This document shows positions 28,111 through 38,643 of a stretch of 64,000 nt of DNA, one piece after another. Location: NCBI GenBank assembly GCA_027061805.1, contig JAMOWA010000007.1, positions 658 through 64,657 of the forward strand, in the 5' to 3' direction. Positions within the stretch are counted from its first letter, which is position 1. Each line of letters opens with the position of its first letter. The DNA comes from Thermoanaerobaculia bacterium (lineage in GTDB: Bacteria; Acidobacteriota; Thermoanaerobaculia; Thermoanaerobaculales; Sulfomarinibacteraceae). The notes beneath the pieces are model-generated. The model did not search any database and was not told the origin of the DNA. It was given only the letters and a program-made list of their open reading frames with translations. Made by a program: the position numbers and the translations under genes.

Positions 28111-29297
28111 GATTCCTCCTCCTCGGGCTTGCTGGGATCGGCCAGGGCCACGCGCTCGCCGGGCTGGAGGCCCTCCACGATCTCCACGTCGGTGGTGGAG
28201 GAGATCCCCGTCACCACCGTGCGCTCCTCGAACCACCGGCGCCACTCCTGGCGGGGGTCGTCGTCCCATGGCACCTCGCCGTCCTGTCCCTCCGCGGGAA
28301 GGGGCTCGGCCCGCTTCACGTAGACGATCTCCTCGTCTCCCCTCAGGAACACACACTCCACGGGCACCGTCAGGGCCTCCTCGCGCTTCTCGCCCCGGAC
28401 CTCGATGTTGGCGGTCATCCCGGTTCGCAGCTCGTGACCGAGACGTTCGAGCGCGATCTCCACGTCGAAGACCTTCACCTGGTCGTCCAGTCGGGCCGCG
28501 GGGGCGATCCTACTGATGGTCCCGGGGAAGACCTCCCTCGGAAAGGCGTCCAGGGTCACCCGGACCGGCTGGCCCTCGCGGATCTTGCCGATGTCCACCT
28601 CGTTGACGCCCGCCTTCACCTGCATGGTACCCAGGTCTGCCACGGTGGCGATCACGGTCCCCGCGTTGAAGGATCCGCTCCCCGTGACCGTCTCTCCCAG
28701 CTCCACGGGCCGGTCGATGATCACGCCGTCCATGGGCGAGCCGATGTTCACCACCTGGCGGGGGTTGTCCCCCACGGGAATGCCAGAGGCCACCACCAGC
28801 TCCATCTTCTCCGTGGCGTCCCGGAGCACCTGCTCGGCCTGGCGGAAGCGGGTCTCCGCCTGGCGGTGCACCTCCACCGAGATCAGGCCGTGCTCGAAGA
28901 GCTGCCGCCTGGCCTCGTACTCCTGGCGGGCGTCCTCCAGAGCGATCCTCGCGGACCGGACGCGGTTCCGTACGGCCAGGAGGTCCTGGGCCTGGTTCAC
29001 GTCGGGCTCGATCCTGGCGATGAGCTGCCCCTTCGCCACCCGGTCGCCCGCCCGGACCGGCAGCCCCACCACCCGCCCGGAGAGCGTGGACTTGATGTCC
29101 ACCTTCACCTCGGGTTCCACGGTGCCCACCTCGCGGACCACCACCTGGATGCTCCCGGTCCGTGCCTCGAGGCAGGGAATCCCAGGGCCCTGCTCCGGCT
29201 CCGGGTTCCTGACCCGCTCACGGCCCGCCAGGGCCACCGCAGCCGCAACCATCACCAGGACTGCCACCAGCACCCACCATCTCTTCCCGCGACTCAT
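28107..29297 (-). CDS. MacA-like periplasmic adaptor
   Basis: N-terminal TM, GDRVAKGQL, SPMDGVI, LRTGMTA, VEIVEGL. Confidence 0.92.
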   Translation of the reverse strand: MSRGKRWWVLVAVLVMVAAAVALAGRERVRNPEPEQGPGIPCLEARTGSIQVVVREVGTVEPEVKVDIKSTLSGRVVGLPVRAGDRVAKGQLIARIEPDVNQAQDLLAVRNRVRSARIALEDARQEYEARRQLFEHGLISVEVHRQAETRFRQAEQVLRDATEKMELVVASGIPVGDNPRQVVNIGSPMDGVIIDRPVELGETVTGSGSFNAGTVIATVADLGTMQVKAGVNEVDIGKIREGQPVRVTLDAFPREVFPGTISRIAPAARLDDQVKVFDVEIALERLGHELRTGMTANIEVRGEKREEALTVPVECVFLRGDEEIVYVKRAEPLPAEGQDGEVPWDDDPRQEWRRWFEERTVVTGISSTTDVEIVEGLQPGERVALADPSKPEEEES

Positions 29298-29476
29298 GCT
29301 TGCCTCCAGCCGGGGTTGCCACCCTGTCACAGGACACTACGGAAAACCGGCGAACGGGGTTCTCTGACGCCTCCGTCCCATCCCGGGATGGAGTCCTGTA
29401 TACTCGGGCCAGCAGCCCCAGGAAGGAACTCGGGACGCCGCCCACTCGCAAGGCGGTGGTCATCGGCTGGAGGATC

Positions 29477-31552
29477 ATGGCGACGCCATTCCACGATCAG
29501 GGCTTCCGGACCCCGCAGGACGCATGGTTCAGGGCACTGGCCGAACGCTTTGCCATCGCCCTGTTCGTCCATCACAAGGGACGGTTCGTCTACGCCAACC
29601 CCGCCACCGCGAGCCTCAGCGGCTACCCGGTGGCAGAGCTGCTCCGCATGGGTCTCAGCGAGATCGTGCATCCCGACGACTGGCCCATGGTGGTCGAGCT
29701 CGAGCGCGAGCTCCGTCACTCGGGAAACCCGGGATGGATCGAGTTCCGCATCGTCCGTTCCGACGGTACCGTCCGGTGGGTGACCTACTCGGTGACCACC
29801 ATGGAGGTCGATGGACTGAACGTCGCCGTGGGGACGGCGGTGGACACCACGCGCCGCGCCGAGGCCGAACGCGCGCTGCGGGAGTACCGGGAGTGGCTCG
29901 AGATGGCCCAGCGCGCCGGGCGCAGTCTTGCCTGGGAGTGGCACCGGGACAACGACAGGCTGATCATCGCCGGTTCGCCCGCGGATGTCTACGGCACCGA
30001 TCCGGACCAGGTCCCGCGGACGGGCGCCGAGCTGCTCCGGAACATCCCTGCGGAGGATATCTCGATCATCCAGGGAGCCATCCGGGAGAGCGCCCGTACA
30101 GGACGCCCCTTCGCCGTGGAGCACCGGTTGCTTCTCGGGCCCCGGGATCTCCGATGGATCACCGTCCGCGGCCAGGCCTTCCTGGGACCCGACGGCCGCC
30201 TGACCCGGGTGGCCGGCGTCTCCGCCGACGTCACGGACCGCAAGCGTGCCGAGAGCGAGCGCAACTACTACTCCACCCACGATCCGCTCACCGGCCTTCT
30301 CAACCGCCGGGAGTTCGAGCGCAGGCTGGAGGGTGCCGTCTCCAGGGCCCGCAGGGGTGGCATCCCCCATGCTCTCTGCTACGTGGACCTGGACGACTTC
30401 AAGGTGGTCAACGATATCTGCGGTCACGGGGCGGGGGATCAGCTCCTCCGGGGTCTCGCCTCGGCACTGGCCTCATCGCTGCCACCCGAGGACTCGGTGG
30501 GCCGTCTGGGCGGGGACGAGTTCGGTGCACTCTTCACCGACTGCCCGGAGACGGAGGCGCAGCGGCGCGCCGAGAACCTCCTGGAGGCCATCCGGAGCTA
30601 CGGGTTCTCGTGGGAGGGCCAGGCCTTCGAGATGGGGGCCAGCATCGGCATCGTCCTGATCGACAGGGACTGCGCCGAACCCCATGACCTGCTCCGGGCT
30701 GCGGACAACGCCTGCTACGTGGCCAAGAACAGGGGACGGAACCGGATCCACGTCTACCGGCCCGACGACACCGAGGTCAGGGATCGCACCGTCCAGGCCA
30801 CCTGGATCCAGCGACTCAAGGCAGCCCTCGCCAGCGGCTCGTTTCGTCTCATGGCCCAGCCCATCGTTCCGCTGAGCAGCGAGACCCATCCTCCCATGGT
30901 GGAGATCCTCCTCCGGCTGCAGGAGCCCGGATCGAAGGCCATCCCCCCCACCGAGTTCATTCCCGCGGCCGAACGGGCCCAGCTCATGGCCTCCATCGAC
31001 CGCTGGGTGATCCGCACCACCTTCCAGAGCCTCACCCGCAACAGCTCCCCCCAGAACGAGAATGCCATCCTGTTCACCATCAACCTCTCCGGCCAGTCCC
31101 TGAGCGACCCCTCCTTCATGGAGAGCATCGAGCGGGAGCTTCAGGGGACGGGTCTCCCCGCCCACCGGATCTGCTTCGAGATCACCGAGACCGCGGCCAT
31201 CTCCGATCTCTCCAGTGCACGGTCGTTCATGGAGCGTCTCCGGGAGATCGGGTGCCGCTTCATCCTGGACGACTTCGGGCGGGGACTGTCGAGCTTCACC
31301 TACCTCCGGACCCTGCCCGTCCAGTACCTCAAGATCGACGGTGACCTGGTGCGCGACATCGTCCACGATGCCGTCCGGCGTGAGATGGTGCTGGCCATCC
31401 ACCGGATCGGGCGGGCCATGAACCTCACCACCATCGGCGAGTCCGTGGAATCGGCCGCCACCCTGGAGCTGCTCCGCGAGATGGGCATCGACTACGCCCA
31501 GGGCTCCCACACCGGGCGCCCCGCGCCCTTCCCCCGCCCACCCGCCCGGTGA
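29477..31552 (+). CDS. PAS-PAS-GGDEF-EAL cyclic-di-GMP protein
   Basis: GGAGG RBS; two PAS domains, HDPLTGLLNR, GRLGGDEF, EILLRL, FEITET, LDDFG. Confidence 0.95.
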   Translation: MATPFHDQGFRTPQDAWFRALAERFAIALFVHHKGRFVYANPATASLSGYPVAELLRMGLSEIVHPDDWPMVVELERELRHSGNPGWIEFRIVRSDGTVRWVTYSVTTMEVDGLNVAVGTAVDTTRRAEAERALREYREWLEMAQRAGRSLAWEWHRDNDRLIIAGSPADVYGTDPDQVPRTGAELLRNIPAEDISIIQGAIRESARTGRPFAVEHRLLLGPRDLRWITVRGQAFLGPDGRLTRVAGVSADVTDRKRAESERNYYSTHDPLTGLLNRREFERRLEGAVSRARRGGIPHALCYVDLDDFKVVNDICGHGAGDQLLRGLASALASSLPPEDSVGRLGGDEFGALFTDCPETEAQRRAENLLEAIRSYGFSWEGQAFEMGASIGIVLIDRDCAEPHDLLRAADNACYVAKNRGRNRIHVYRPDDTEVRDRTVQATWIQRLKAALASGSFRLMAQPIVPLSSETHPPMVEILLRLQEPGSKAIPPTEFIPAAERAQLMASIDRWVIRTTFQSLTRNSSPQNENAILFTINLSGQSLSDPSFMESIERELQGTGLPAHRICFEITETAAISDLSSARSFMERLREIGCRFILDDFGRGLSSFTYLRTLPVQYLKIDGDLVRDIVHDAVRREMVLAIHRIGRAMNLTTIGESVESAATLELLREMGIDYAQGSHTGRPAPFPRPPAR

Positions 31553-31737
31553 AGACGTGAAGACGTCCCCCGCCCTCCCCGGAGGGGGCAGGGGTGCAGG
31601 GGTGCAGGGGAGGGGGGGGGACGTCATCCCGACGCGGCCGGGCGCGCTTCGGCAACCAGATGGAGCTGGGGGCGCGCCCTGAAGGACGTGCCTACACCCG
31701 GAAGTGCCTCGTTCATTTCACGTTTCCAGGGTCACGG
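31531..31737. repeat. Copy of the modular intergenic repeat between convergent genes
   Basis: GTGAAGAC x2 (31549-31564), GCAGGGGT x2, GTCATCCCG at 31623, degenerate CCTCGTTCATTTCACGTTTCC near 31707. Confidence 0.75.
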
Positions 31738-31739
31738 CC

Positions 31740-34700
31740 TCACTTCCCCCACTCCGGAATGCGGCACGGGGTCCAGGGGGCACCGGCGGCCTCCAGCTGG
31801 CGCTCGATGGCCGCCAGGTCGGTCTCCACCAGGGTCCGGAAGGCCTCCAGCTGCTCCACGAAGCCCTGCTCCGCCCAGGCGTAGCCCTGCTCCTGGGTGG
31901 CCGTGGGCGGTGCCGCGGTGTTCCACTGGCTGTCCACGATGCGCTCCACCCGCCCCAGGATGGAGGGCGGCGTGAGCTCCCAGCGCCTCGCGCGCGTGCG
32001 GTCGCCCCGGAGCGCGGTGAGGATCCCATCCAGCCGGTCCTGCAGCCCCGTCACCGTCTCCAGCAGCGCCGGGTCCGCCGCGGGCGTCACCAGGAGCGTC
32101 CTGCGGATCCTGGCCAGGCGGTCAGCGGTCTCGTTGGCCGCCTCCAGAAGTCCGTGCACGGCGCCCCGCAGCCGGGCCACCTTCTTCCGGAAGGCCGCCG
32201 TGGCCGCCACGTCCACACCAGCCGTTGGATGCAGGGGCCGGACATGGAAGGACACCGGCTCGCCGGACTCCGTGAGCTTCCCGTCCACCAGCGTCCCCAG
32301 GGTCACGGAATAGGTCCCGGGCAGCACCAGCGGTCCCTTGTCGCCCTCGGACCACGGGGCATGCTCGCCACCCCCGTCCAGGCTCACGGGTGTGGACGGC
32401 GGGTAGCGGAGGTCCCAGGCCACCCTGTGGAAGCCCTTGCCCCGGGGCCCGGTCACCCGGCGCACCACGTTGCCGTCGGCGTCCCGCACCGTGAGCACCA
32501 CGGCAGGCTCCTGCTCCCGGTCCTCGGCGCGGAGCTCCTCCCAGGACGGCCAGGCCGGCGGCTCGCCCGCCTCCTCGGCCTTCTTCTCCGCCGTGCGCCG
32601 GCGCTCGGCCCGCGTCTCGAGCCCCTCCTTCATCCACCAGGTGAACACGGCCCCGAAGGGGGGGTTGGGCGCGGCGTAGAAGGCATCGCCCTGGAAGCCG
32701 CGGCCGCGGATGCCCAGGGGGCGCCGCGGCACGTAGAGCAGCGCATCCTTCACCGGGAAGAGATGCCGGGGCTGCTTCAGGACGGCCTCGGAGAGCCCCC
32801 GGAGCGGCGAGTAGTCGTCCAGGATGTAGAACCCCCGCCCGAAGGTGGCCAGCACCAGGTCGTTCTCGCGCTCCTGGATGGCGATGTCCATGACCGCCAC
32901 GGTGGGGAGCCCACCCTTGAGCTGGACCCAGCTGCCCCCGCCGTCCGTGGAGAACCAGAGCCCGAGCTCGGTGCCCACGAACAGGAGCTTCGGGTCCACG
33001 TGGTCCTCGGCCACGTCGTGGACGTAGTGGGGCGCCTCCAGGTTCGCAGCGATGGAGGTGAAGGTCCGCCCGCGGTCGCGGCTCACCATCAGGTAGGGGG
33101 TGGAGTCCCCCATCTTGTGGTTGTCGAAGGCCACGTAGACCGTGCCGGGGTCGTGGCGCGAGGCCTCCACCGCGCTCACGTAGGCCTTCTGCGGCACCCC
33201 GGGGAAGGTGTCCACCCTGCGCCAGGTGGCCCCGCCGTCCTCGGTCACCTGGAGCAGGCCGTCGTCGGTGCCCACGTAGATCAGCCCCTCCACGAGGGGG
33301 GACTCGCTCATGGACACGATGTTGCCGTACTGGGAGGTGGAGGCGTTCCTGGCCACGGCGTCCACGCTCCAGACCTTCCCCATCACGGGGAGGGCGTTGC
33401 GGTCGAGCTGCCGGGTCAGATCGGGGCTGATGGCCTTCCACGTGTCGCCCCGATCGTCGGAACGGAACACCCTCTGGGCCGCGAAGTAGAGCCGCGTGTG
33501 GCTGTGGGGGCTGATGAGGAGCGGCGAGTCCCAGTTCCAGCGGAGGGGCGGCTCGCCGGGGGCGGGTTGGGGCTGGATGTCCACCATCTCGCCCGTCCTC
33601 CGGTCGTAGCGCACCAGGCCGCCGTACTGGTACTCGCTGTAGACGATGTCGGGGTCCTCCGGGTCGACGGCGGGCCGGAAGCCGTCGCCGAAGACCGTGA
33701 CGAACCAGTCGCCGTTGGTGATGCCGGTCTCGTTGATGGTCCTCGCGGGACCACCGAGGGTGGCGTTGTCCTGGGTGCCGCCGTAGACGAAGTAGAAGGG
33801 TTCCGAGGTGTCCACGGCCACCCGGTAGAACTGGGTGATGGGCAGGTTGGCCGCGAACTGCCAGGTCGCGCCGCGGTCCCAGCTCTGGTACACGCCGCCG
33901 TCACACCCGGCGATCAGGTGCCTCGTGTCCTCCGGATCGATCCACAGGGCGTGGTTGTCCACGTGCTTGAGCTTCTCGGGAACCTTCCTCCAGGTGGCCC
34001 CTCCGTCCTCGGAGACGTGCATGAAGGTGTCCATGGAGTAGACCCGTCCCGGGTCCTTCGGGTCCACCACCAGCTCGTTGTAGTACTGGGGGCTCGCGCT
34101 CATGTGGTCCGACCGCTTCTCCCAGGTCTCGCCACGGTCGGTGGACCGGAACACGCCGCCCTCGTCACGGGCCGCCTCCACGATGGCGTAGAGAACGTCG
34201 GGATCCGAGGGGGCCATGGCCAGGCCGATCCGGCCCAGGTCCACGTCCTTCGGCAGGCCGTTGGTGAGCTTGCGCCAGGTCGTGCCACCATCCGTGGACT
34301 TGTAGATGGCGGACTCGGGGCCGCCGTTGATGAGCGTCCAGACGTGCCGGCGCCGCTGGTAGGCCGCGGCGTAGACCACGTCGGGGTCCCGCGGATCCAG
34401 GATCACGTCGGTGACCCCCGTCCTCGGGCTGATGTCGAGCACGAGCTCCCAGGTGGCCCCGCCGTCCGTGCTCCTGTAGAGTCCCCGGTCACCCCCGTCG
34501 TTCCACAGGGGGCCCTGGGAGGCCACCCACACCACGTCGGAGTCCCGGGGATCGATGACGATCTTCGCGATGTGCTCGGACCTCTCCAGTCCCATCCTCG
34601 TCCAGCTGACGCCACCGTCGGTGCTGCGGTAGACGCCATCGCCGAAGGAGACGCTCCGCTGGGAGTTGTTCTCCCCCGTCCCCACCCAGACCACGGAGGG

Positions 34701-35039
34701 GTTCTTCGGGTCCACGGTGATACAGCCGATGGAGTAGGACCCCTCCCCGTCGAAGACCGGCTCGAAGGTCACGCCCCCGCTGGTGGTCTTCCAGACGCCG
34801 CCGGAGGCGGCGGCGACCCAGAACTCCGCCGGGCGTTCGGGGTTGACCGCGATGTCGGCCACCCGGCCCGAGGTCAGGGCAGGACCGATGCCCCGGAGCT
34901 TCAGGCCTGCCAGGTTCCCGGCCGAGAGCAGGGTCTCCGGCTTCTTCGCCTCCACCCCCTTCTTCTCCCGGGCGGCACCCGTACCCGGGACCGAAACCAT
35001 GATCAGCGTACCGAGCAACAGGACGGTCAGACGGCGCAT
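31740..35039 (-). CDS. Secreted VPS10/BNR-repeat (sortilin-like) glycosyl hydrolase family protein
   Basis: Signal peptide, RGIGPALTSGRVAD, many Asp-box S.DGG.TW repeats, ATFGRGFYILDD, C-terminal helical tail. Confidence 0.92.
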   Translation of the reverse strand: MRRLTVLLLGTLIMVSVPGTGAAREKKGVEAKKPETLLSAGNLAGLKLRGIGPALTSGRVADIAVNPERPAEFWVAAASGGVWKTTSGGVTFEPVFDGEGSYSIGCITVDPKNPSVVWVGTGENNSQRSVSFGDGVYRSTDGGVSWTRMGLERSEHIAKIVIDPRDSDVVWVASQGPLWNDGGDRGLYRSTDGGATWELVLDISPRTGVTDVILDPRDPDVVYAAAYQRRRHVWTLINGGPESAIYKSTDGGTTWRKLTNGLPKDVDLGRIGLAMAPSDPDVLYAIVEAARDEGGVFRSTDRGETWEKRSDHMSASPQYYNELVVDPKDPGRVYSMDTFMHVSEDGGATWRKVPEKLKHVDNHALWIDPEDTRHLIAGCDGGVYQSWDRGATWQFAANLPITQFYRVAVDTSEPFYFVYGGTQDNATLGGPARTINETGITNGDWFVTVFGDGFRPAVDPEDPDIVYSEYQYGGLVRYDRRTGEMVDIQPQPAPGEPPLRWNWDSPLLISPHSHTRLYFAAQRVFRSDDRGDTWKAISPDLTRQLDRNALPVMGKVWSVDAVARNASTSQYGNIVSMSESPLVEGLIYVGTDDGLLQVTEDGGATWRRVDTFPGVPQKAYVSAVEASRHDPGTVYVAFDNHKMGDSTPYLMVSRDRGRTFTSIAANLEAPHYVHDVAEDHVDPKLLFVGTELGLWFSTDGGGSWVQLKGGLPTVAVMDIAIQERENDLVLATFGRGFYILDDYSPLRGLSEAVLKQPRHLFPVKDALLYVPRRPLGIRGRGFQGDAFYAAPNPPFGAVFTWWMKEGLETRAERRRTAEKKAEEAGEPPAWPSWEELRAEDREQEPAVVLTVRDADGNVVRRVTGPRGKGFHRVAWDLRYPPSTPVSLDGGGEHAPWSEGDKGPLVLPGTYSVTLGTLVDGKLTESGEPVSFHVRPLHPTAGVDVAATAAFRKKVARLRGAVHGLLEAANETADRLARIRRTLLVTPAADPALLETVTGLQDRLDGILTALRGDRTRARRWELTPPSILGRVERIVDSQWNTAAPPTATQEQGYAWAEQGFVEQLEAFRTLVETDLAAIERQLEAAGAPWTPCRIPEWGK

Positions 35040-35390
35040 GGGATCCTCCTCGGCCGGCGTCCGGCAGGAGGGTGGCCCTCCGCACCCGGGGCGCCGGGAT
35101 CGCGATGCACCGATCCTAGCAGAGGCGGGTCATCCCGCCACAACCAGCCTCCACACCGCCGCGGCGGCCAGCCCGGCCGCTTCCCCACGGCCTCCACCAC
35201 GAAGAGCAGCCCGAAGGCAAGGCGCGGACGTGCGAGGCAACCGGCTCCACGAGCTCTCCCCGGCTCATGGCGCTCCGACCCCCTTCACCGGGACGGATTC
35301 CGATGCGGTTCCCTGCGGGGGAGAGCAGCACACCCCCACTCACCGCGGGGCGAGCCCCGCGCCACCCGGCTCCGTCCCCACCTCCTCTCC

Positions 35391-35960
35391 TCAGAGGGAG
35401 AGGTTCACCAGGACAGGGGCCTTCCAGCCCTCGCCGGCCACCTCCAGCACCAGCTCGCCCCCGGTGAACCCCTCGGGCCGGGGCAGGTAGATCAGGTCTG
35501 CCGTCCAGTACCGTGGTGGAAGCTCCACCTCGGTGATCACGACAGGGGTGCCCTCCACGAGCCCCGGGTAGAAGTGCGAGGGCACGGTCCCCACACCCCG
35601 TACACCGAGGATCCGGGCGGGTTCCACGCTCGCGAGCCATCGGAAGTCGTTCTCGAGCTTCGGGTACCCCTCCCGGATCTGCTGCACCGAGGCCGCCGGG
35701 AGCCGGGTTCCATCGGGCATGACGATCCGGAACGACTCACGGGTGAGCACCACCGACTGCTTCGAGTTGTTCATCACGCCCACCAGGAGCGGGATGAATG
35801 CCTCTCCGGTCCTCTTGCGGGCCAGGTCCACGTTGACGTAGACCCACCCCTCGTCGGTCTTGGTGGTGAAGATGGCCGTCTGGCCCGCCCACGCCAGGGC
35901 GACCGCCGCGATGACGAGACAGGTGGCGCACGCCACCATTCTGGTTCGATGCCCTCTCAT
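35391..35960 (-). CDS. Secreted hypothetical protein
   Basis: GGAGGG RBS; signal peptide ...LVIAAVALAWA; GC3-rich codons. Confidence 0.8.
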   Translation of the reverse strand: MRGHRTRMVACATCLVIAAVALAWAGQTAIFTTKTDEGWVYVNVDLARKRTGEAFIPLLVGVMNNSKQSVVLTRESFRIVMPDGTRLPAASVQQIREGYPKLENDFRWLASVEPARILGVRGVGTVPSHFYPGLVEGTPVVITEVELPPRYWTADLIYLPRPEGFTGGELVLEVAGEGWKAPVLVNLSL

Positions 35961-35986
35961 GGCACCCTCCTCTCCCCATCGGCGAT

Positions 35987-36002
35987 AGCAACATTCATAC
36001 CA
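35987..36002 (-). promoter_or_regulatory. Sigma-54 (-24/-12) promoter
   Basis: Minus strand TGGTATGAATGTTGCT (GG-N10-GC), 26 bp upstream of the ATG at 35960. Confidence 0.7.
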
Positions 36003-36018
36003 ACCTCATCCTGTTCAC

Positions 36019-36051
36019 GAAAGGGGGCCCGGCGCTCGCGCCGGGCCCCCT
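36019..36051 (-). terminator. Intrinsic terminator of the OmpA gene
   Basis: Minus strand GGGGGCCCGGCG-CGAG-CGCCGGGCCCCC followed by TTT. Confidence 0.7.
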
Positions 36052-36070
36052 GGTCTGGATCGTTCAGGAT

Positions 36071-37498
36071 CTACTTGAAGGGCTTGAACTCCACCCGCCG
36101 GTTCCTGGCACGGTTCTCCGCGGTATCGTTGGGATACCGTGGCACGTTCCAGCCGTATCCCTTGGCGATCAGCCGCTCGGCCGCCACACCCTTGGAGACC
36201 AGGTAGTCGCGCACGGCCTCGGCCCTCTTCTGGGAAAGCCTGTCGTTGAAGGCCTTGGGACCGCTCCTGTCGCAGTGGCCCTGGACCTCGGCCTTCCAGT
36301 CGAGGTAGCGCGGGCTGTTGAAGCTCCTGGCGATCTCGTCGAGGAGCGGCTTGGCCTCGTCCCGGATCGTGGCCTTGTTCACGTCGAAGAAGACCTTGAC
36401 CTTGACCTCCCAGGTTCCATCGTCATGGACCACGATGTTGGGCGGCGGGCACCCGTTCTCGTCCACGGGAACACCTCCCGGAGTCCCGGGGCACGTGTCC
36501 TTGAAGTCGGGCACTCCGTCACCGTCAGAGTCCAGGCAGCACCCGCTGGCATCCACCTTCACGCCCGCAGGCGTGTTCGGGCACGTGTCCTTGAAGTTCG
36601 GCACTCCGTCACCGTCGTCGTCGAGGCAGCACCCGCTGGCGTCCACCTTCACGCCCGCAGGCGTGTTCGGGCACGTGTCCTTGAAGTCGGGCACTCCGTC
36701 ACCGTCGGAATCCGGCGGGCACCCGGTGGCGTCCACCGCCACGCCCTTGGGAGTCCCGGGGCACGTGTCCAGATGATCCGGCACACCGTCACCGTCGTCA
36801 TCCGGCCACAGGAAGACATCGACAACGAACCTCGAGAGGGCGGTCCAGTCCGTGAGAGCGCTGGCATCGGTCACGTAGCCGTTGCCGCCGGCCTTGACCA
36901 CGCGCTCCAGGAGGGCCCGGCCACCGGCATCGTTGCCCACCTGCACGGCGTAGATGTTCAGCTTGTCGCCGAACTTCCCCTTGAGGGCCGCGGCGGCCGC
37001 CACGTCGGGGGCGCCCATGTTCAGACCGTCGCTGACGATGACGATGGCCGCCGTCTTTCCATCGGTGAGCGCATCGCCCGCGGCCGCGAGGCCCAGGTCC
37101 AGCGGGCTGTTGCCGCCACCGTACTTCACGGGCTCCAGTGCCTTGGCGAAGGCATCCGTCGTGTAGGTGGCAGGTCCCCACAGGGTGTTCACCTTGCCCT
37201 CGGGCAGGCCGGGGCCACGCCCGAAGATCACGAGCGAACCCTGGTACCCGACCTCGGGCAGGGCCGTGTTGAGCGCCTTGAGGAAGTTCTCCTCGATGGC
37301 GAGCTTCCGCTCCCGGTTCACCCTGTCGCCCATGGAGGTGGAATCGTCGGCGACGATCACCCACTGGTCCACCTTGGCGACGTAGCGATCCGCAGGGAGG
37401 GCCTCACTCGTGAAGGTGGTTGTCGCAGTACTGGCACAGCCCTGGATGGCCAGGACCGCCACCGCAAGGAGTACGAGCGTTCGAGCTGTCATTTTCAT
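36071..37498 (-). CDS. Lipoprotein with VWA domain, thrombospondin type-3 repeats and OmpA C-terminal domain
   Basis: Lipobox IQGC; MIDAS-like DDSTSM and VSDG; four D.DGDGVPD..D.CP.TP repeats; GHCD...LSQKRA...NRRVEF. Confidence 0.93.
   Translation of the reverse strand: MKMTARTLVLLAVAVLAIQGCASTATTTFTSEALPADRYVAKVDQWVIVADDSTSMGDRVNRERKLAIEENFLKALNTALPEVGYQGSLVIFGRGPGLPEGKVNTLWGPATYTTDAFAKALEPVKYGGGNSPLDLGLAAAGDALTDGKTAAIVIVSDGLNMGAPDVAAAAALKGKFGDKLNIYAVQVGNDAGGRALLERVVKAGGNGYVTDASALTDWTALSRFVVDVFLWPDDDGDGVPDHLDTCPGTPKGVAVDATGCPPDSDGDGVPDFKDTCPNTPAGVKVDASGCCLDDDGDGVPNFKDTCPNTPAGVKVDASGCCLDSDGDGVPDFKDTCPGTPGGVPVDENGCPPPNIVVHDDGTWEVKVKVFFDVNKATIRDEAKPLLDEIARSFNSPRYLDWKAEVQGHCDRSGPKAFNDRLSQKRAEAVRDYLVSKGVAAERLIAKGYGWNVPRYPNDTAENRARNRRVEFKPFK
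36476..36800 (-). repeat. 90-bp coding tandem repeats (TSP3) inside the OmpA gene
   Basis: GGCACGTGTCCTTGAAGT(C/T)..GCACTCCGTCACCGTC recurs at 90-bp spacing. Confidence 0.85.
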
Positions 37499-37683
37499 TC
37501 ACTTCCTCCTTCTCTGGCGCCTCTGGCGCCCTTCGGCCCGGTCTGATTCGCTGCCTCTCATGATACCAGGGTCCCATTCCGGTGAGAAGTGCCTCCACCG
37601 GACACACCGGCACGTCCCGGGACGGTTCATCGTCCCGGATTCCCCCTCCAGGCCCACCGGTCCACCCGGTGCCGGCGGTCCCG

Positions 37684-38643
37684 TCAGCGTAGCCGCTTGA
37701 GGTAGCGGTAGAGCTCCGAATCGGTGCTCAGGAGCAGGACGCCCTTCTCGTCCAGGGTGGCCTCGTAGGTCCTCAGCGTCTCCACCAGCCTGTAGAACTC
37801 GGGGTCCCGCTGGTAGGCCCGTGCGTAGATCCGGGTGGCCTCGGCCTCGCCCTCGCCCAGGATCTCCTGGGCCTTGCGGTAGGCCTCGGACTGGATCGTC
37901 TTGGACTCCTCGGTGAGCTGCCCGGCGATCTCGGCCTTCTTGCCCTGTCCGAGGGCCCTGTACTTCTCGGCGATCCTGAGCTGCTGGGAGATCATCCGGT
38001 CGTAGACCTTCCGCAGCACCTTGTCGGTGTAGTCCAGCCTCTTGATCTCCAGGTCCACGAGCTCGATGCCCAGGTCCAGGTCGGCCAGCTTGGCCTGGGC
38101 GGCGGCGGTGATCTCGAGGGTCAGCTCGTCACGGAGCCCCTTGACGCCGCCGGTACCCGCGGCACGGCCCTCGGCCGCAGCGGACTCCTCACTGGTGATC
38201 GCCTCCTCGCCGAGCTCCATCTCACGGTCGGAGGACCGGACGATCTCCGGAAGCGAGTGGGCGGACAGCGTGTCGCGGACGAGCCCGTCGAGGATGTCAT
38301 CGAGACGGGCCTGTGCACCCCGCTCGTTGACCACCTTCTTGTACATGGTGAGCGCGTTGGAGACCCGCCACCGGGCGAAGGTGTCCACGTAGATGAACTT
38401 GGAGTCGTTGGTGGGCACCACCTCGGGATCCCCGTCCCACTCCAGGACCCGCTTCTCGAACAGGTGGACCTTCTGGATGAGGGGGATCTTGAAGTGGAGG
38501 CCGGCCTCGGTGATGGGTTCGCCCACAGGATTTCCGAGCTGGACCACGATGGCCTGCTGCCACTCCGGGACCGTGAAGACGGCCCCGCCGAGAACCAGGA
38601 GAACCATCGCGACGATCACGACGATGACGACGGCGCGGTTCAC
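37684..38643 (-). CDS. hflC: FtsH protease modulator HflC
   Basis: SPFH domain, GLHFKIP, VYDRMIS, AYQRDPEFY; coupled to hflK. Confidence 0.93.
   Translation of the reverse strand: MNRAVVIVVIVAMVLLVLGGAVFTVPEWQQAIVVQLGNPVGEPITEAGLHFKIPLIQKVHLFEKRVLEWDGDPEVVPTNDSKFIYVDTFARWRVSNALTMYKKVVNERGAQARLDDILDGLVRDTLSAHSLPEIVRSSDREMELGEEAITSEESAAAEGRAAGTGGVKGLRDELTLEITAAAQAKLADLDLGIELVDLEIKRLDYTDKVLRKVYDRMISQQLRIAEKYRALGQGKKAEIAGQLTEESKTIQSEAYRKAQEILGEGEAEATRIYARAYQRDPEFYRLVETLRTYEATLDEKGVLLLSTDSELYRYLKRLR

Noticed and set aside
29300-29476. c-di-GMP riboswitch upstream of the GGDEF-EAL gene
   Set aside because: No convincing GEMM motif by eye; only a TATACT -10-like hexamer; an Infernal search would be needed
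31704-36206. 1500-aa plus-strand ORF
   Set aside because: Shadow of the VPS10 and neighbouring minus-strand genes
36476-36800. 90-bp repeats as CRISPR or DGR template/variable repeats
   Set aside because: In-frame TSP3 coding repeats; differences are not adenine-specific and no reverse transcriptase is present
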